Program-made: the position numbers and the translations under genes
Notes under the pieces: generated by a model
The model's database searches: none
The model's input: only the letters and a program-made list of their open reading frames with translations
Told to the model about the DNA's origin: nothing
Part shown: one piece after another, positions 47,591 to 61,129 of the stretch
Numbering within the stretch: position 1 is the first letter of the stretch
Layout of the letters: each line of letters begins with the position of its first letter
NCBI GenBank assembly: GCA_036785375.1
Contig: JAWMAR010000146.1
Span: 1-64,000, forward strand
Length of the DNA: 64,000 nucleotides
Reading direction: 5' to 3'
Origin: Leucoraja ocellata
Lineage: Eukaryota

Positions 47591-50500
47591 GCCTCTAAAT
47601 CTCATTTTTTCACATTATAAAGGGTGCAATTAAATTAATTAAAGTCCATACAGATTAATTTTCATGAATTCAGACTTTAGATCTTATCTTTCAGTTTGAG
47701 TTGATTCACAAAGTTTCACAACTTTGTGTTGCAGGGACTTTGCTTTCAAGACTTTCTTCCGCTTCTATCCTTCTTAATGCTTTTCTCACTAAATTCAATT
47801 ACCCTGCTGCAAGTTTCCACGACAAAGAACCTTCATCGGAATCTCCAGTAAAACAGGCATCAGTGAAGCCCTCTCAGCTATGATGTGTGCTAGCCTGAAA
47901 CAAAGCGCATGATTGGCCAACTGGCAGACAACTCAATGTTAAACGTGCTTTGATTGGACTAAAAATACCCGAAATGTTTCCGGTTTTTCTCTAATTTAAT
48001 AAAAATGTGCAAGTCTTGTTCATGACGAGTTTCAGGGGTGATTTATATAATATTTTTACACAATATGTGAAAATCTCATGTAGTTCTGTGACTTGGATCA
48101 CGAAACACTGGAATAAAGCTCCTCGGCCCACAGCCTATAGGTACTATGCCTGGCAAATTAGCCTTGCAAAAGGTGACTATTTTCCGGTGAAATGCTTATC
48201 AACCTGAATATGGTGGTGTTGTGGATTTGGTCACGGAATTGAACATGTCAGTTTATAGTATTATCCTTATGCAGCACAGATTGAATGCACACCCTGCTAA
48301 ATCAAGTCACATCCATCCAACTAATGCACAGAGTGGTCAACACACAGAAAATATAGATTTAAAAAACTGCTAATGCAGGAAATCAGAAATGAAACAGAAA
48401 ATGCTGGGACAAATCATCAGGTCTGGCAGCACTGTGAATAATTTTGCCTGGGTACATCGTCCATTTTTCATCCACAATCCATTGTCACTGGTGTATCCAA
48501 AGCTTTGTTTGTGGTGGTTGAATTTCCAAACAATCCAGAATGGAAAAGCCTCTTCCAAAGGAATTCAGGACAATTTTTTTTTTGTTAAATTGGCAAATTA
48601 AAATGGCCTTATTTTATTATTATCTAATTAGAGAAAGTTCATTGTTCTGGGTACAATTAACGTTTTGCCTGGGAGTTTCGCAACCTGCAGGATTCAATAC
48701 AGAAATCTATAGGACATTGCTTCCTTTTGCTTGTTTCCAACTGGTCATTTTTGCCTGCCATCCCTTTCTCCCATTTTTCTTTTCTTTGGTATATTCTGGT
48801 CTTTGAGGACTTCCTCCCTGAACTTGCTGAAACACCCAGAGTGGCAGCAGAAAACTGAGTTGCTCACTCTCTTCCATGCACTGTCATGGCTTGCCCCAGC
48901 ATTCCAATGTTAAGAATGATTTTGAGCAACTTTTGGGCCCATTAAGCACCTGCCATTTAAGAGGTGCATTTATGGCCTCAATCAGTACAAAATGGCCCCA
49001 AAGTTGTGTTAAACAGCACAGTTGATGTTGGTTGGAAGAGAATGATGTTAGCGTACAAATCTTACATTTGACCAAATTGTTTTAAGGTGGTCCCAGATTG
49101 TGATTCCAGTTCATGCTTTCCACTGCAGTCCAATTTCTCCTCAAAATCTTCAACGTAGATTGCTCATCAATATAAGCAATGGAACAACTGTCTTGGCTGT
49201 GCATTATGTTGTGTTTTTTAATAATTGTCTGTCTTAACTGCAATTCATGTCTCGGATAATGCAATCTAAAAGTGCCTTCCACTGGAAACAGCTGTACAAC
49301 GAGTCCCACGTGCATCGTAGCATCTGTCCCTTTCAAACATAAGTCAGTCTTCTGAAGACAAACGAGGCACAGGCCGTGCATATTTAAAAGAAAACAAGCC
49401 GTTACAAACGTGTGTCAGTTTTTCTGTGTTCTTTCCAATGTTTCTGCAAAGGAAATATAATGAGGTGCCATGTTTGCAGACATTGCCTATTCCGGTTCAA
49501 AAAGTAAAGATTTGTAAAACAAGCAACAATGAATGTTTATCTGATAATCTCATTGATATATTCAAAGAGAGATGCAACATAAAAACAGACCCTTCTGGCC
49601 ACCAGGCACCCATATTTAACTAATCCAATCTTATTCTATTCCATTTCATTCCCTAATTACTCAACAATGACTCAACCCCCCATCCCATTCCAAATTATTT
49701 TACACGTTCAGAGTGGACAATTAACAATAAAACCATGTGAGATCCCATTTGAGAAATGTTATTGTTAAAATTATTGAGTTGTGATGGAACATAGTTCCCT
49801 TCAGCCAGGATTTTCTCTCATTAGATGTTGGTAAGGCAAACCCATTTTATTTTGTTAATGTGATTTAAAAAAAAAAAACATTGTCCTAGATTCCTTCCCC
49901 AGTCTGGCTTTTCCAGATTGAATTATTTGTAAATTCAGCCACCACAACAATGCTTTGGATGTACGAGCAATGGTAAGGTTTGCTCAGTTCCTTCACCGGC
50001 ATCCATTTATTCTTATCTTACCTTTGGTGACATTAATTTATTGAAACATTATTTATATGATTTGCGTTCTTCACTGCACTATTCAACAGTCTCCAGACTT
50101 GCCTCTACACTACTTAGCTGGCTTAACTCTCTGCCACTACTGTCCTGTCCCTGAGTGAGTGCCTTTTATCCTTCTGCCTGTTCTTTCCAATGAGAGTAAT
50201 CTAGCGAGAAATATAAAAACAGACTTTAAAAGCTTTTTATGATCATGTAGAAACAACAGGGAAAGAAACATAGCAATTATTAATGTCTGCTCTATACAGA
50301 CAGAGACGATATGGGGAATACAGAAATGACAAAAAAATTAAATTTATATTTTTTGTATGTCTTCATAGAAGATGACACAAGCATACCCTGTAGACAGTTG
50401 CGAACAAGAAGCCTCGAGCAATTGAGGAGCTGAAAGAATTTACCATTAATAAACACTAGCTTTGATGAAATTCGTAAAACTGAAATAAATCCCCAGGATC

Positions 50501-50865
50501 TGTTGAGCTGGTATCCAAGGTTTTGGATGAGATGATGATGGATGCATGGGTCGTCACTTCTCAAGGTTCTACTTGGGGCACTTAGAAAGGAATAGCAGGA
50601 CTAATGGTTTCAACGGTCTTTTATTGTCACATGTACAAATTAAGGACCAGGCAACCTCAACAGGAATTGACGAGGAAATTTACATTTCATGAATCCATTG
50701 GAATCTTTCTACATAGTGTCAAGCAGAACAGACATTGTGTACTCGAACTGCCAGACATTAAAAAAATGCATATTATAGGAGATCACAAAACATAACCAGA
50801 GCATGTGGGGTTGAGGGTCATATATGAGTTTGGAATTAGGATTAGTTAGTAGTTAAAAAATGGAA

Positions 50866-53800
50866 ATAATAATAATAATGCCATTTTATTATCACTATAC
50901 ACATGTACAATGAGATTAAAATCAGCTCCTACTTAGTGCAGACATGTAATTAATCAAAAAACAAAGACAAAAACAAAGGGGGGGGGGGATAAGGTACACA
51001 GTTCTGCGGCGCTATATACATATCTATAAAAAGACAATGGATGAATAGAGTGAATAAATAGGATTCCTATAAAAAGTATGGGTACAATTACAGTACAAAT
51101 TACAGTAGGTGGATAGATGGAAGTTCGGGAGTTTGGCTGTGAAGTCAATACATGTATGAGTTCAGGGAGTTTATGGCTTTTGGAAAGCAACTGTTTTTGA
51201 ATCTGTTTGTCCTTGTTCTGATGCACCTATAGCGCCTCCCTGAGGGCAGCAGGTCGAACAGGCCAAACGCAGGATGGGAGCTGTCCTTGATGATTGATGG
51301 ATAATGAAGAGGATTTCCAAAGTCTACAGAGTGATTTAGGCCATTTGGAAAAATGGGCTGAAAGATGGCAGATGGAGTTTAATGCTGATAAATGTGAGGT
51401 GCTACACCTTGGCAGGACAAATCAAAATAGGACGTACATGGTAAATGGTAGGGAATTGAAGAATACAGTTGAACAGAGGGATCTGGGTATAACCGTGCAT
51501 AGTTCCTTGAAGGTGGAATCTCATATAGATAGGGTGGTAAAGAAAGCTTTTGGTATGCTAGTCTTTATAAATCAGAGCATTGAGTATAGAAGCTCGGATG
51601 TAATGTTAAAATTGTACAAGGCATTGGTGAGACCAAATCTGGAGTATGGTGTACAATTTTGGTCGCCCAATTATAGGAAGGATGTCAACAAAATAGAGAG
51701 AGTACAGAGGAGATTTACTAGAATGTTTCCTGGGTTTCAACAACTAAGTTACAGAGATACGTTGAATAAGTTAGGTCTTTATTCTCTGGAGCGCAGAAGG
51801 TTAAGGGGGGACTTGATAGAGGTCTTTAAAATGATGAGAGGGATAGACAGAGTTGATGTGGACAAGCTTTTCCCTTTGAGAATAGGGAAGATTCAAACAA
51901 GAGGACATGACTTCAGAATTAAGGGACAGAAGTTTAGGGGTAATATGAGGGGGAACTTCTTTACTCAGAGAGTGGTAGCGGTGTGGAATGAGCTTCCAGT
52001 GGAAGTGGTAGAAGCAGGTTCATTGGTATCATTTAAAAATAAATTGGATAGGCATATGGATGAGAAGGGAATGGAGGGTTATGGTATGAGTGCAGGCAGG
52101 TGGGACTAAGGGGAAAAAAAAGTCGTTCGACACGGACTTGTAGGGCCGAGATGGCCTGTTTCCGTGATGTGATTGTTATATGGTTATATGGTTATATGAT
52201 GTTCTTCGCCCTGCTGAGGCAGCGGGAGACGTATATGTCCATCAGAGAGGGGAGAGGGCAGCCAGTGATCTTCTGTGCTGTCCTAGTTACCCTCTGAAGC
52301 CTCTCCCTGTCTGCCATGGTGCAGCTGCCATACCATGCTGTAATGCAGTTTGTCAGCAGGCTCTCAATGGACGAGTGGTAGAAGGTCAGCAGCAGGTTGG
52401 AGTCCAGGTTGTGCTTCCTGAGGACCCTGCAGCCGCCGCTGAGTTTTCTTGATAACCACCGTGATGTTGTCTGTCCAGGAGATGTCAGCGGAGATGAGGA
52501 CTCCAAGAAACCAGAAGGTGTAGACCCTCTCCACACACTCGCCGTTGATGTATAGGGGGGCTAAGTCGGTGCTGTGCCTCCTGAAGTCGACAATTGAGCT
52601 CTTTTGTTTTCTTGGTGTTCAGAGCCAGGTTGTTTTCTGAGCACCAGGCTGTCAACCTCAGGACTTCCTCTCTGTAGGCTGCCTCGTCTCCCCTTGAGAT
52701 GAGTCCGACTACTGTAGTGTCGTCAGCAAACTTGACGATGTGGTTGTTGTTGTGGGCCGGACTACAGTCGTGGGTGTAGAGACAGTATAGGAGGGGGCTT
52801 AGCACACAGCCCTGTGGGGAGCCGGTACTCAACATGCGAGTGGAGGAGAGGTGGGGGCCGAGTCTCACAGTCTGGAGCCGGTTGGTGAGAAAGTCCTTTA
52901 TCCAGGCACATGTGAGATTGGGGAGGCCAAGAGTGACCAGTTTGTCGATGAGAATGTCCGGAATGATAGTATTGAAAGCTGAGCTGTAATCCACAAAGAG
53001 CATCCGGACGTAGCTCTGCACAGATGGCTCAGCACAGAGTGGAGAGCTACGGTAATGGCGTCTTCTGTGGATCTGTTTGTGCGATAGGCGAATTGGTGAG
53101 GGTCGAAGTCTGGAGGGAGATAGTCCTTGATGTGCTGGAGGACCAATCTCTCAAAGCACTTCATGATTACCGGAGTGAGGGCCACGGGACGGTAGTCATT
53201 AAGGCTGGTGATGGGAGACTTCTTCGGCACTGGGATCATTGTGGCTGATTTTACGCAGGACGGAATAACTGCCTGGTCCAGGGAGAGGTTGAAGATTCTG
53301 GTGAAGATGACGGTGAGCTGGTGGGCACACGCTTTGAGCAGCTTACCAGGTACTCCATCTGGGCCGGAAGCCTTCTTGGGGTTCACTGCCAGGAGCACCC
53401 GTCTGACATCGTGCTCCCTGACAGTGAGTGGGGTAGTACAGGAGCCAGGTGAGGGTGGGAACAGGGCTGTAGCAGATGAGTGCTGCTGTTGTGATGTTTC
53501 AAAGCGGGAAAAGAAGCAATTTAGCTTCTCTGCCAGCGGCGCACTCAGGTCTTCTGTCGTTGTGGCACAGCCTCTGTAGTTTGTGATGTCTTGTATGCCC
53601 CGCCATACCTCCCGTGTATTATTGCTGGACAGATGAGACTCTATCCTCCTCTTTTGGTCCGCCTTGGCTTTTTTAATTCTACATTTCAGACCGGCTCGAG
53701 CAGCCCTGTACAGAGCTCTGTCACCTGACCCGAAGGCAGCATCGCGGGCTCTGAGGAGTGTGCGGACCTGGCTGGACATCCAGGGTTTCTGGTTTGGTAA

Positions 53801-54865
53801 AACCCGTATGTTTTTGTCCACAGTCACGTTTCCGATGCAGAACTTGATATAGTCCAGTACCGTTCCTGTGAATGTTTCCAGATCCTGATGTTCAAATATG
53901 TCCCAGTTTGTCTGTGTAAAGCAGTCCTGTAGTTTGGAGAGTGCATTTTCAGGCCAGGTTGTAACAGACTTTATGTTGGGCCTGGCACTGCGTCTGAGGG
54001 GGGTGTAGGCTCGGGAGAGCAGGAGGGAGAGATGATCTGACTGGCCGAGTTGGGGGAGGGGAATGGCTCTATACGCGTGCTTAATATTGGTGTAGACATG
54101 ATCCAGCGTGTTCTCACCTCTAGTAGAACACTTGACATGTTGATAAAATTTCAGCAGTACAGTCTTCAAGTTGGTCTTATTAAAGTCTCCTGCAATTATG
54201 TGAACACCATCGTGGTGGGCCCGCTGCTGTTCGTAAATGGTGTTCAGCAGGAGAGAGAGCGCCGTGCTTACATTGGCGTCGGGTGGAATATACACAGCCG
54301 TGACAATCACTACTGTTAGTTCTCTCGGTAGAAAAAAAGGCCGGCATCTTACAGACATGTACTCGAGGTCAGGGGAACAATGTTTGTCTATGATTGTCCC
54401 GTTGTTACACCAGTTCTCATGCACATAGATACAGAGGCCCCCTCCCCTGCTCTTACCGGAGTCCATAGTCCTGTCCCTGCGGAGCAGAAAGCGACCTGCT
54501 AGCTGCATGCTAGCATCCGGTATCCCCGGGTGAAGCCAGGTTTCGGTGATAATCAAAACACAGCAGTCACGAACATATCGATTTCCAGCGAGTTGTAATT
54601 CCAGGTCATCCATTTTATGAACCAGGGATCTGGCATTGGAGAGATACAGGCTCGGTAGAGGTGGCTTATGCGGTTGTTTTCTTAGCCTTAGCAAGACACC
54701 GGACCTACGGCCTCGCTTCTGCTTCCTCTCCCTCCTCCGTCTGCGCCGCCTCCTAGACCCGACAACAATCCATGGAGAGCCCAATGGCCTCGCTATGTCG
54801 TCTGGGGTGTTATGCGTGTGGTGAAAGACACTCAAAACAGATGTCTGATGCTGGTCACCGATGTC
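50866..54865 (-). mobile_element. Rex1/Babar LINE with nearly complete APE+RT coding region (frameshifted)
   Basis: 656-aa ORF with LSNARSL, ITETWL, AGDFN, SDH and RT N-term; adjacent frames give [13 protein letters not shown] and the C-terminus; (aat)n tail at 50866. Confidence 0.95.
51295..52195 (+). mobile_element. Young CR1 3' fragment nested antisense in Rex1
   Basis: Uninterrupted 271-aa ORF2 C-terminus; (ggttatat)n tail; atgat duplicated at 51290-51294 and 52196-52200. Confidence 0.95.
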
Positions 54866-55156
54866 CATAGAAATAAATGGGACAATTTCTGGTTGAGATG
54901 TTGTAATTAATTGGGCAATTGGATTGTGGATGAAATCTCAGCCACTTATAATTTATACTACTCAGACGCTTATAATTTATACTAGGCAGGAGGGCTGGTT
55001 CCCCAACCCAATATTCCACCTCCCCACCAATTCCAATAATGGTGGCCATTGCGGGGGGGGGGGGAAGCTTTCTGGAGCGCTAGTATGGGTGTTGTGTGCC
55101 GAAGGGACTGGTTTCCAGAGGGCTAGTATGGACATTGTGGGTCAAATGGATTCTTG

Positions 55157-56307
55157 GGCTGACAGCTCAGTCACTCAGGCCTGGTGGGCTGGCAGCACCA
55201 CAGTCACTCAAGCCTGGTGGGCTGGCAGCTCAGTCACGCAGGCCTGGTGGGCTGGCAGCACAGTCACTCAAGTTCAAGCAAGTTTATTGTCATGTGTCCC
55301 TGTATAGGACAATGAGATTCTTGCTTTGCTTAAGCACACAGAAAAATAGTAGGCATTTACTACAAAACAGATAAATGTGTCCATATACCATGATATAAAT
55401 ATATACACACATGAATAAATAAACTGGTAAAGTGCAAATAACAGAAAGTGGTTATTAATAATCAGAGTTTTGTCCGAGCCAGGTTTAATAGCCTGATGGC
55501 TGTGGGGAAGTAACTATTCCTGAACCTGGTTGTTGCAGTCTTCAGGCTCCTGTGCCTTCTACCTGAAGGTAGCATGGAGATGAGTGTGTGGCCAGGATGG
55601 TGTGGGTCTCTGATGATACTGCCAGCCTTTTTGAGGCAGCGACTGCAATAAATCTCCTCGATGGAAGGAAGGTCAGAGCCGATGATGGACTGGGCAGTGT
55701 TTACTACTTTTTGTAGTCTTTTCCTCTCCAGGGCGCTCAAATTGCCGAACCAAGCCACGATGCAACCGGTCAGTATGTTCTCGACTGTGCACCTGTAGAA
55801 GTTAGAGAGAGTCTTACTTGACAAACCGACTCTCCGTAATCTTCTCAGGAAGTAGAGGCGCTGATGAGCTTTTTTGATAATTGCGTTAGTGTTCTCGGAC
55901 CAGGAAAGATCTTCAGAGATGTGCACGCCCAGGAATTTGAAGTTCTTGACCCTTTCAACCATCAACCCATTGATATAAATGGGGCTGTGGGTCCCCCTCC
56001 TGCTCCTTCCAAAGTCCACAATCAGTTCCTTGGTTTTGCTGGTGTTGAGGGCCAGGTTATTGCGCTGGCACCATATGGACAGTTGCTCGATCTCTCTTCT
56101 ATATTCTGACTCATCCCCATCAGGCCTGGTGGGCTGGCAGCACAGTCACTCAGGGCTGGTGGGCTGGCAGCTCAGTCACTCAAGCCTGGTGGACTGGCAG
56201 CTCAGTCAATAAGGCCTGGTGGGCTGGCAGCTCAGTAAATAAGGCCTAGTGGGCTGACAGCTCTGTCACTCAGGCCTTGTGAGCTGGCAGCTCAGTCACT
56301 CACTCAC
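55157..56307. repeat. About 30-bp minisatellite (ggcagctcagtcactcaggcctggtgggct) split by Rex1
   Basis: Units at 55157-55270 and 56121-56307. Confidence 0.9.
55270..56120 (-). mobile_element. Rex1 3' fragment nested in the minisatellite
   Basis: 185-aa ORF FKFLGVHISEDLSW...LPSGRRHRSL. Confidence 0.95.
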
Positions 56308-56654
56308 NNNNNNNNNNNNNNNNNNNNNNNNNNNNNNNNNNNNNNNNNNNNNNNNNNNNNNNNNNNNNNNNNNNNNNNNNNNNNNNNNNNNNNNNNNNNN
56401 NNNNNNNNNNNNNNNNNNNNNNNNNNNNNNNNNNNNNNNNNNNNNNNNNNNNNNNNNNNNNNNNNNNNNNNNNNNNNNNNNNNNNNNNNNNNNNNNNNNN
56501 NNNNNNNNNNNNNNNNNNNNNNNNNNNNNNNNNNNNNNNNNNNNNNNNNNNNNNNNNNNNNNNTCTCTCTTGAATCTACTCATGTGGCTGAGCATGGCCT
56601 CTCCACTGAGTGGGACTTCCGGAGTGAGTGCGACCTTTGGACTTAGCATGGCAC

Positions 56655-56930
56655 AGACTCACAATTCAGTTCAATCAGCACAGTGTAGACCAACAGTTCA
56701 GTTCACTCATTGTGCAGACTAATAATGCAGTTTACTCACGGTGCAGACTAATAATTCAGTTTACTCACGGTGCAGACTAATAATTCAGTTTACTCACGAT
56801 GCAGACTAATAATTCAGTTCACTCACGGTGCAGACTAACAATTCAGTTCAATCACAGTGCGGACTGACAATTCAGTTCACTCACAGTGCAGACTCACAGT
56901 TCAGTTCACTCATAGCGTAGACTCACAGTT
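56655..56930. repeat. 29-bp minisatellite (gactaataattcagtttactcacggtgca)
   Basis: About 9 tandem units visible. Confidence 0.9.
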
Positions 56931-58635
56931 CTAGTCTCAACTCTCACTCACGGTCTTCCGGGGTGACTGACTCATGTCTGGCCTCCGGGGCTTTATTCTC
57001 CTGGCTCCCCGGTAGGTGTATCATCATGGTGACTGACGGGCGAGAAGACCAATCTGCTGATCTCACAATTTTTTAAACATTCATAACTTTTTTATTATTT
57101 CACCGATCGGTAAAAACCTTAGGGCACTTGGAGGAAAGGAGGACGGTGAGTAAGATGGTGAAAAAATCATAGCGATATACGGTAGCGTTTTTTCTAAAAT
57201 GTATTTAAAACGTAGACCGGAAGTGGTCAAGATGAGACTTTTAGTAGTTGTATATATTAATGATTAGGAAGAGGGGATCAAGTGTAATATTCCTAAGTCT
57301 GCTAATGATAGAAACCTAAATGGCAACATGAGTTGTGAAGAGAATGCAGGAAGGCTTCAAAGGATTTGGACAGCTTAGTTATATGGAAGTGGACTTGGAA
57401 CATGGAATATAACAGGGGATAAAGTGAGGTAATCTGCTTGGTAGAAAAAAATAGAAAGGGGAATTTTTTTTTAATTGCAAGAGATCAAAAGATGGTAATG
57501 TTCAAAGGGATCTGGGTATCCTACACAAATCAACGAAATACTAGAACATTGAATACAGGTACAGCAAGCAATTAGGAAGGTGGACATTGTGTTGGCTTTT
57601 AATGCCAGCTATTTGATTGCAAACATTGATGCCTACCTTAAAATTATGTTGACACCATGTGACTAGGTGTGGAACACGGTGCACAGGTCTAGCTTCCTTG
57701 TCTAAGAATTGATATACTGCCATAATATAGTGTGGTCCAAGCTCTCTAGATTGATTCTTGGCATGATGGTGTTGTTGTGTGAGGAGAAATTAAGCAGAAG
57801 CCTGTAAACTGCAAGGTTAGAAGAATGAGAGCTAATCGTGTTGAAGGGTGCAAAACTCTTACAGGGTTTGAAAAGGAATATTAAAGATCATGCTCCACAC
57901 CTGTGCTGTTTATTGGAGTGTCAAAATAAGGGGTCAATCATTGAGGATAGTGATGAGAACAAATGTCTTCACCAATATGAATAGTGAATCTTTGGAATAC
58001 TCATCAAAAGTGGGATTGGTCCGTTGTTGAGTGTATTCAAGACAGGTGCTCAAAGATTTTAGTTCAAGTAGGGAATAGTGATAAAGGGTCAGCTGTAGTG
58101 GAGCAGGCATCAAGGGACAAATGGTCTCTGCTTATGACCAAGGGGTTTGAATCTAAAGTATGTAAAATGATTTGTACAAACCATGTGCTTTCTTGGAGTT
58201 CCTCATATCTCCCTGTCCTTTGACCCTCTAACCCAAACCCCAGTAGTGCCAGCTTACTATTATCTGATGCCGGTAAAAGATGCCTTATTTACAAAACTCT
58301 TACCTAAATTCCTTAATAATGCTGTTTCGTTATTAAGAGCTTTCCGGTATTAAACCTCTCCAAGCTTTCATTTACTTAGAATTCATATCTCCGCAACAAG
58401 ACCTCGGGGTGTTTTGCTCTATTAAAGGAATTGTGTAAATGGAAGTGCTTTGAAAGTTTCAGACATTTCTAGGGCTTGCAATCACAGCGGGAGGTAGTGT
58501 TAATGACAATCTTTGAAAAATATTTGCATTTAGTCTCGAGACAATAACTTTCATGATTGGGATTGGATGATTCCACAATGACAGTGTCTACAAATGGGGT
58601 GTGATCACTGGTTTGTTTATGTTAATAATTTACAG

Positions 58636-59605
58636 ATACTTGTTCCAGGATGAGGTGTTCCACACCAGGACATCGGAAATGTCCTCATTCTTCAGGGAAC
58701 GGGGGTTCCACTCCCCCACTATAGATGAGGCTCTCCAGGGTCTCTTCCATATCCCGCTACACTGCTCTCTCTCCCCATCCCCCCCCCCCCCCCCCAACTC
58801 GGAATAAGAGCAGAGTCCCCCTAGTCCTCATCTTCCATCCCACTAGCCGTCACATACAACAGATAATCCTCCGTCATTTTCGCCACCTCCAATGTGACCC
58901 CACCACTTGCCACATCTTCCCATCTCCCCTCCTGTCTCCTGTAAATCAAAGACCATTCCCTCCATAACTCCCTGGTCAATTCTTCCCTTCCCATCCCCGG
59001 GTACTTTCCCTTGCAACCGCAAGAGATGCTACACTTGTCGCTTTACCTCTCCCCCTCGCCTCCATTCAAGGACCCAAGCAGTTGTTACACCTTCACCTCC
59101 TCCAACCTCATCTATTCCATGTGTTGGTCTAGATGTCAGCTGATATATATCGGTGAGACCAAGCATAGGCTTGGCGATCGTTTTGACGAACACCTCCGCT
59201 CGGTACGCATTAACCAACCTGATCTCCCTGTGGCTGAGCACTTCAACTACCCCTCCCATTTCAAATCCAACCTTTCTGGCCTGAGCCTCCTCCATAGCCA
59301 GAGTGAGTACCACCGGAAATTGGAGGTGCAGCACCTTATATTCCGCTTGGGCAGTCTGCACCCCAGCGGCTTGAACATTGACCTCCAATAGCCCTTGCTG
59401 CCTCCTCCCCTTCTCAGCTCTCCCTCATCCCTCTGGCTTCTCCTCTTCCTTTCTTCTTCCCCCACCCACCCTACATCAGTCTGAAGAAGGGTTTTGGCCC
59501 GAAACATTGCCTATTTCCTTCGCACCATAGATGCTGCCGCACCGGCTGAGTTTCTCCAGCACTTTTGTCTACCTTCGATTTTCCAGCATCTGCAGTTCCT
59601 TCTTG
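58636..59605 (+). mobile_element. Penelope-like element 3' part: RT linker, GIY-YIG endonuclease, terminal repeat
   Basis: SSNLIYSMCWSRCQLIYIGETKHRLGDRFDEHL...VAEHFN...LGSLHPSGLN. Confidence 0.92.
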
Positions 59606-60199
59606 TACAGATACTTGTCGATGATTATTATGCCAGCCCATTCAGGCTTTTTGAATGTGTCCTAAAATTAGAATGAAATTTCCCTAAATAATTAAGCCAA
59701 CCCAATTCAAGTCAAGGCAAGTGGTCATATGCACAAGTGTGGTGGAAATCTGGTTACAGCAGCATTACACACAAAATCCTAAATTATACATGAATGACAC
59801 ATAAATTCTGCAAGGCTAACACTAAAATGACATTAGTGTAAAACCCAATAAGAAAACAAATCCCTGGTAATGCCATTTCTTTCAAGAAATCAAAATATTT
59901 TAGAGGTTATCACTGCAACATTTATTTATCAATTTGTTTGCAATAAATGCTGTTAGCATGAATATGATCCATGTACACTGCATAAAATTGATGAACTGTA
60001 CAGAAACTTGATTGATTCTCCACAAACTTTAAAATGTATTTATAACTGTGCATAGTTCCAAAGAAACCACTGTCTGGGCACCTAGCTATTGGTTCTTCTG
60101 CTTATCATGGCATCCCTCCGTGATGGAAGTTTCCACAGTGAGCAATTATGAAACTTTGTGTTGGTATGTTTATCAAAGTACCAGATAAGTCTGAAGATG

Positions 60200-60700
60200 T
60201 GTCAAAAGCTTATAAAGTCTGCGTCAATTTTAACATGATGTTCCCAGGTGATTCTGTCAGAGAATTTGTATATAGCCTTGGTCTGAGGCCCTCCATTTAT
60301 TGTTGGGCATTACTTTGCAGAAAGGATAGAACAGCTTTGGTGCAGTGCATTTAGGGCAATGATATCAGGCTTTCCAGGTCAAACTACGAGCACAGATTGA
60401 ATTAACTTGATGTATTTTCTTTTGAGTGCAGACAGATTTGGAATGATGAAACTCTGGTTCTGAACTATTAAAATGAGTTGACAAGGTAGATTCGGATAAA
60501 TTATTTCTTCAAGCAAAGAAATGCAGAAACAAATTTGCTGGAAACAGGAAGCCCATTTATTCTCGCAAATAGAAATAAAATTCAGTAACTCTACCACCTT
60601 GGAGGCAGTGGATGCTGAGGAATCGAAACCTTCAGCATTGAGAAAGATAGCTTCTTGCTGGGTTCGAGAATTGAAGAATATTGAACACTTGGACTTGGAA
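60200..60700 (+). mobile_element. Very old CR1 remnant
   Basis: Degenerate LY.SLVRP..Y / RKD..AL..V motifs. Confidence 0.5.
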
Positions 60701-61129
60701 AGTCTGCCATAGGTTAACTATTATATTTGTTTTCATTAATTCAATGTCAAATCTGTTCTGTCTAGATGGATTCTAATTGCATTTTACAGCAATTCTACAT
60801 TGGTTTTTGCCTGTGTAAAGCTGGTCTCAGGTTGTGTAAATATTATTGCTTATCACAGCAGTAAAATTGTTTATCTTATGTGCAATATTCCCCCCTATGG
60901 GGCTGAAAATCTTTCTTTGTGTTTTGCTATCCAGTTGTTAACATATATTACAGCTTACATATAATATGCATGGATCCTGATTAAATCTCTTACAGTGAAA
61001 ATTTTCATCCGACAAAGTTAAGACCTAGAATTTACTGCAGTCAAGCTATATTTAAAATTGCCCTTCAGAAAGTGTTGGAGTCATTTCCCTAAATGACTGG
61101 TCCTCTCACTGATGATAATTGAAGTCAAA

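Larger units (their letters stand above)
54982..57252 (-). mobile_element. Non-autonomous Helitron-like element with internal minisatellites (spans gap N 56308-56563)
   Basis: Minus strand begins ...actactaaaagtctcatcttg and ends CTAG followed by T; no TIR; interrupts CR1 at an AT-rich site. The 3' hairpin is not evident. Confidence 0.55.
50190..58135 (+). mobile_element. Very old CR1 in three pieces (about 50190-50865, 54866-54980, 57253-58135) hosting a nested cluster
   Basis: Collinear remnants: LARNIKTD.KSF; INGTISG...IIY; IND.EEGIKCNIPKSAND (degenerate KFADD) through the 3' end. Confidence 0.7.

Noticed and set aside
47264-47605. ORFs containing X runs (also 56279-56722)
   Set aside because: Artefacts of translating through assembly gaps.
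56655-56930. 29-bp repeats of CRISPR-like length
   Set aside because: Head-to-tail tandem minisatellite without spacers.
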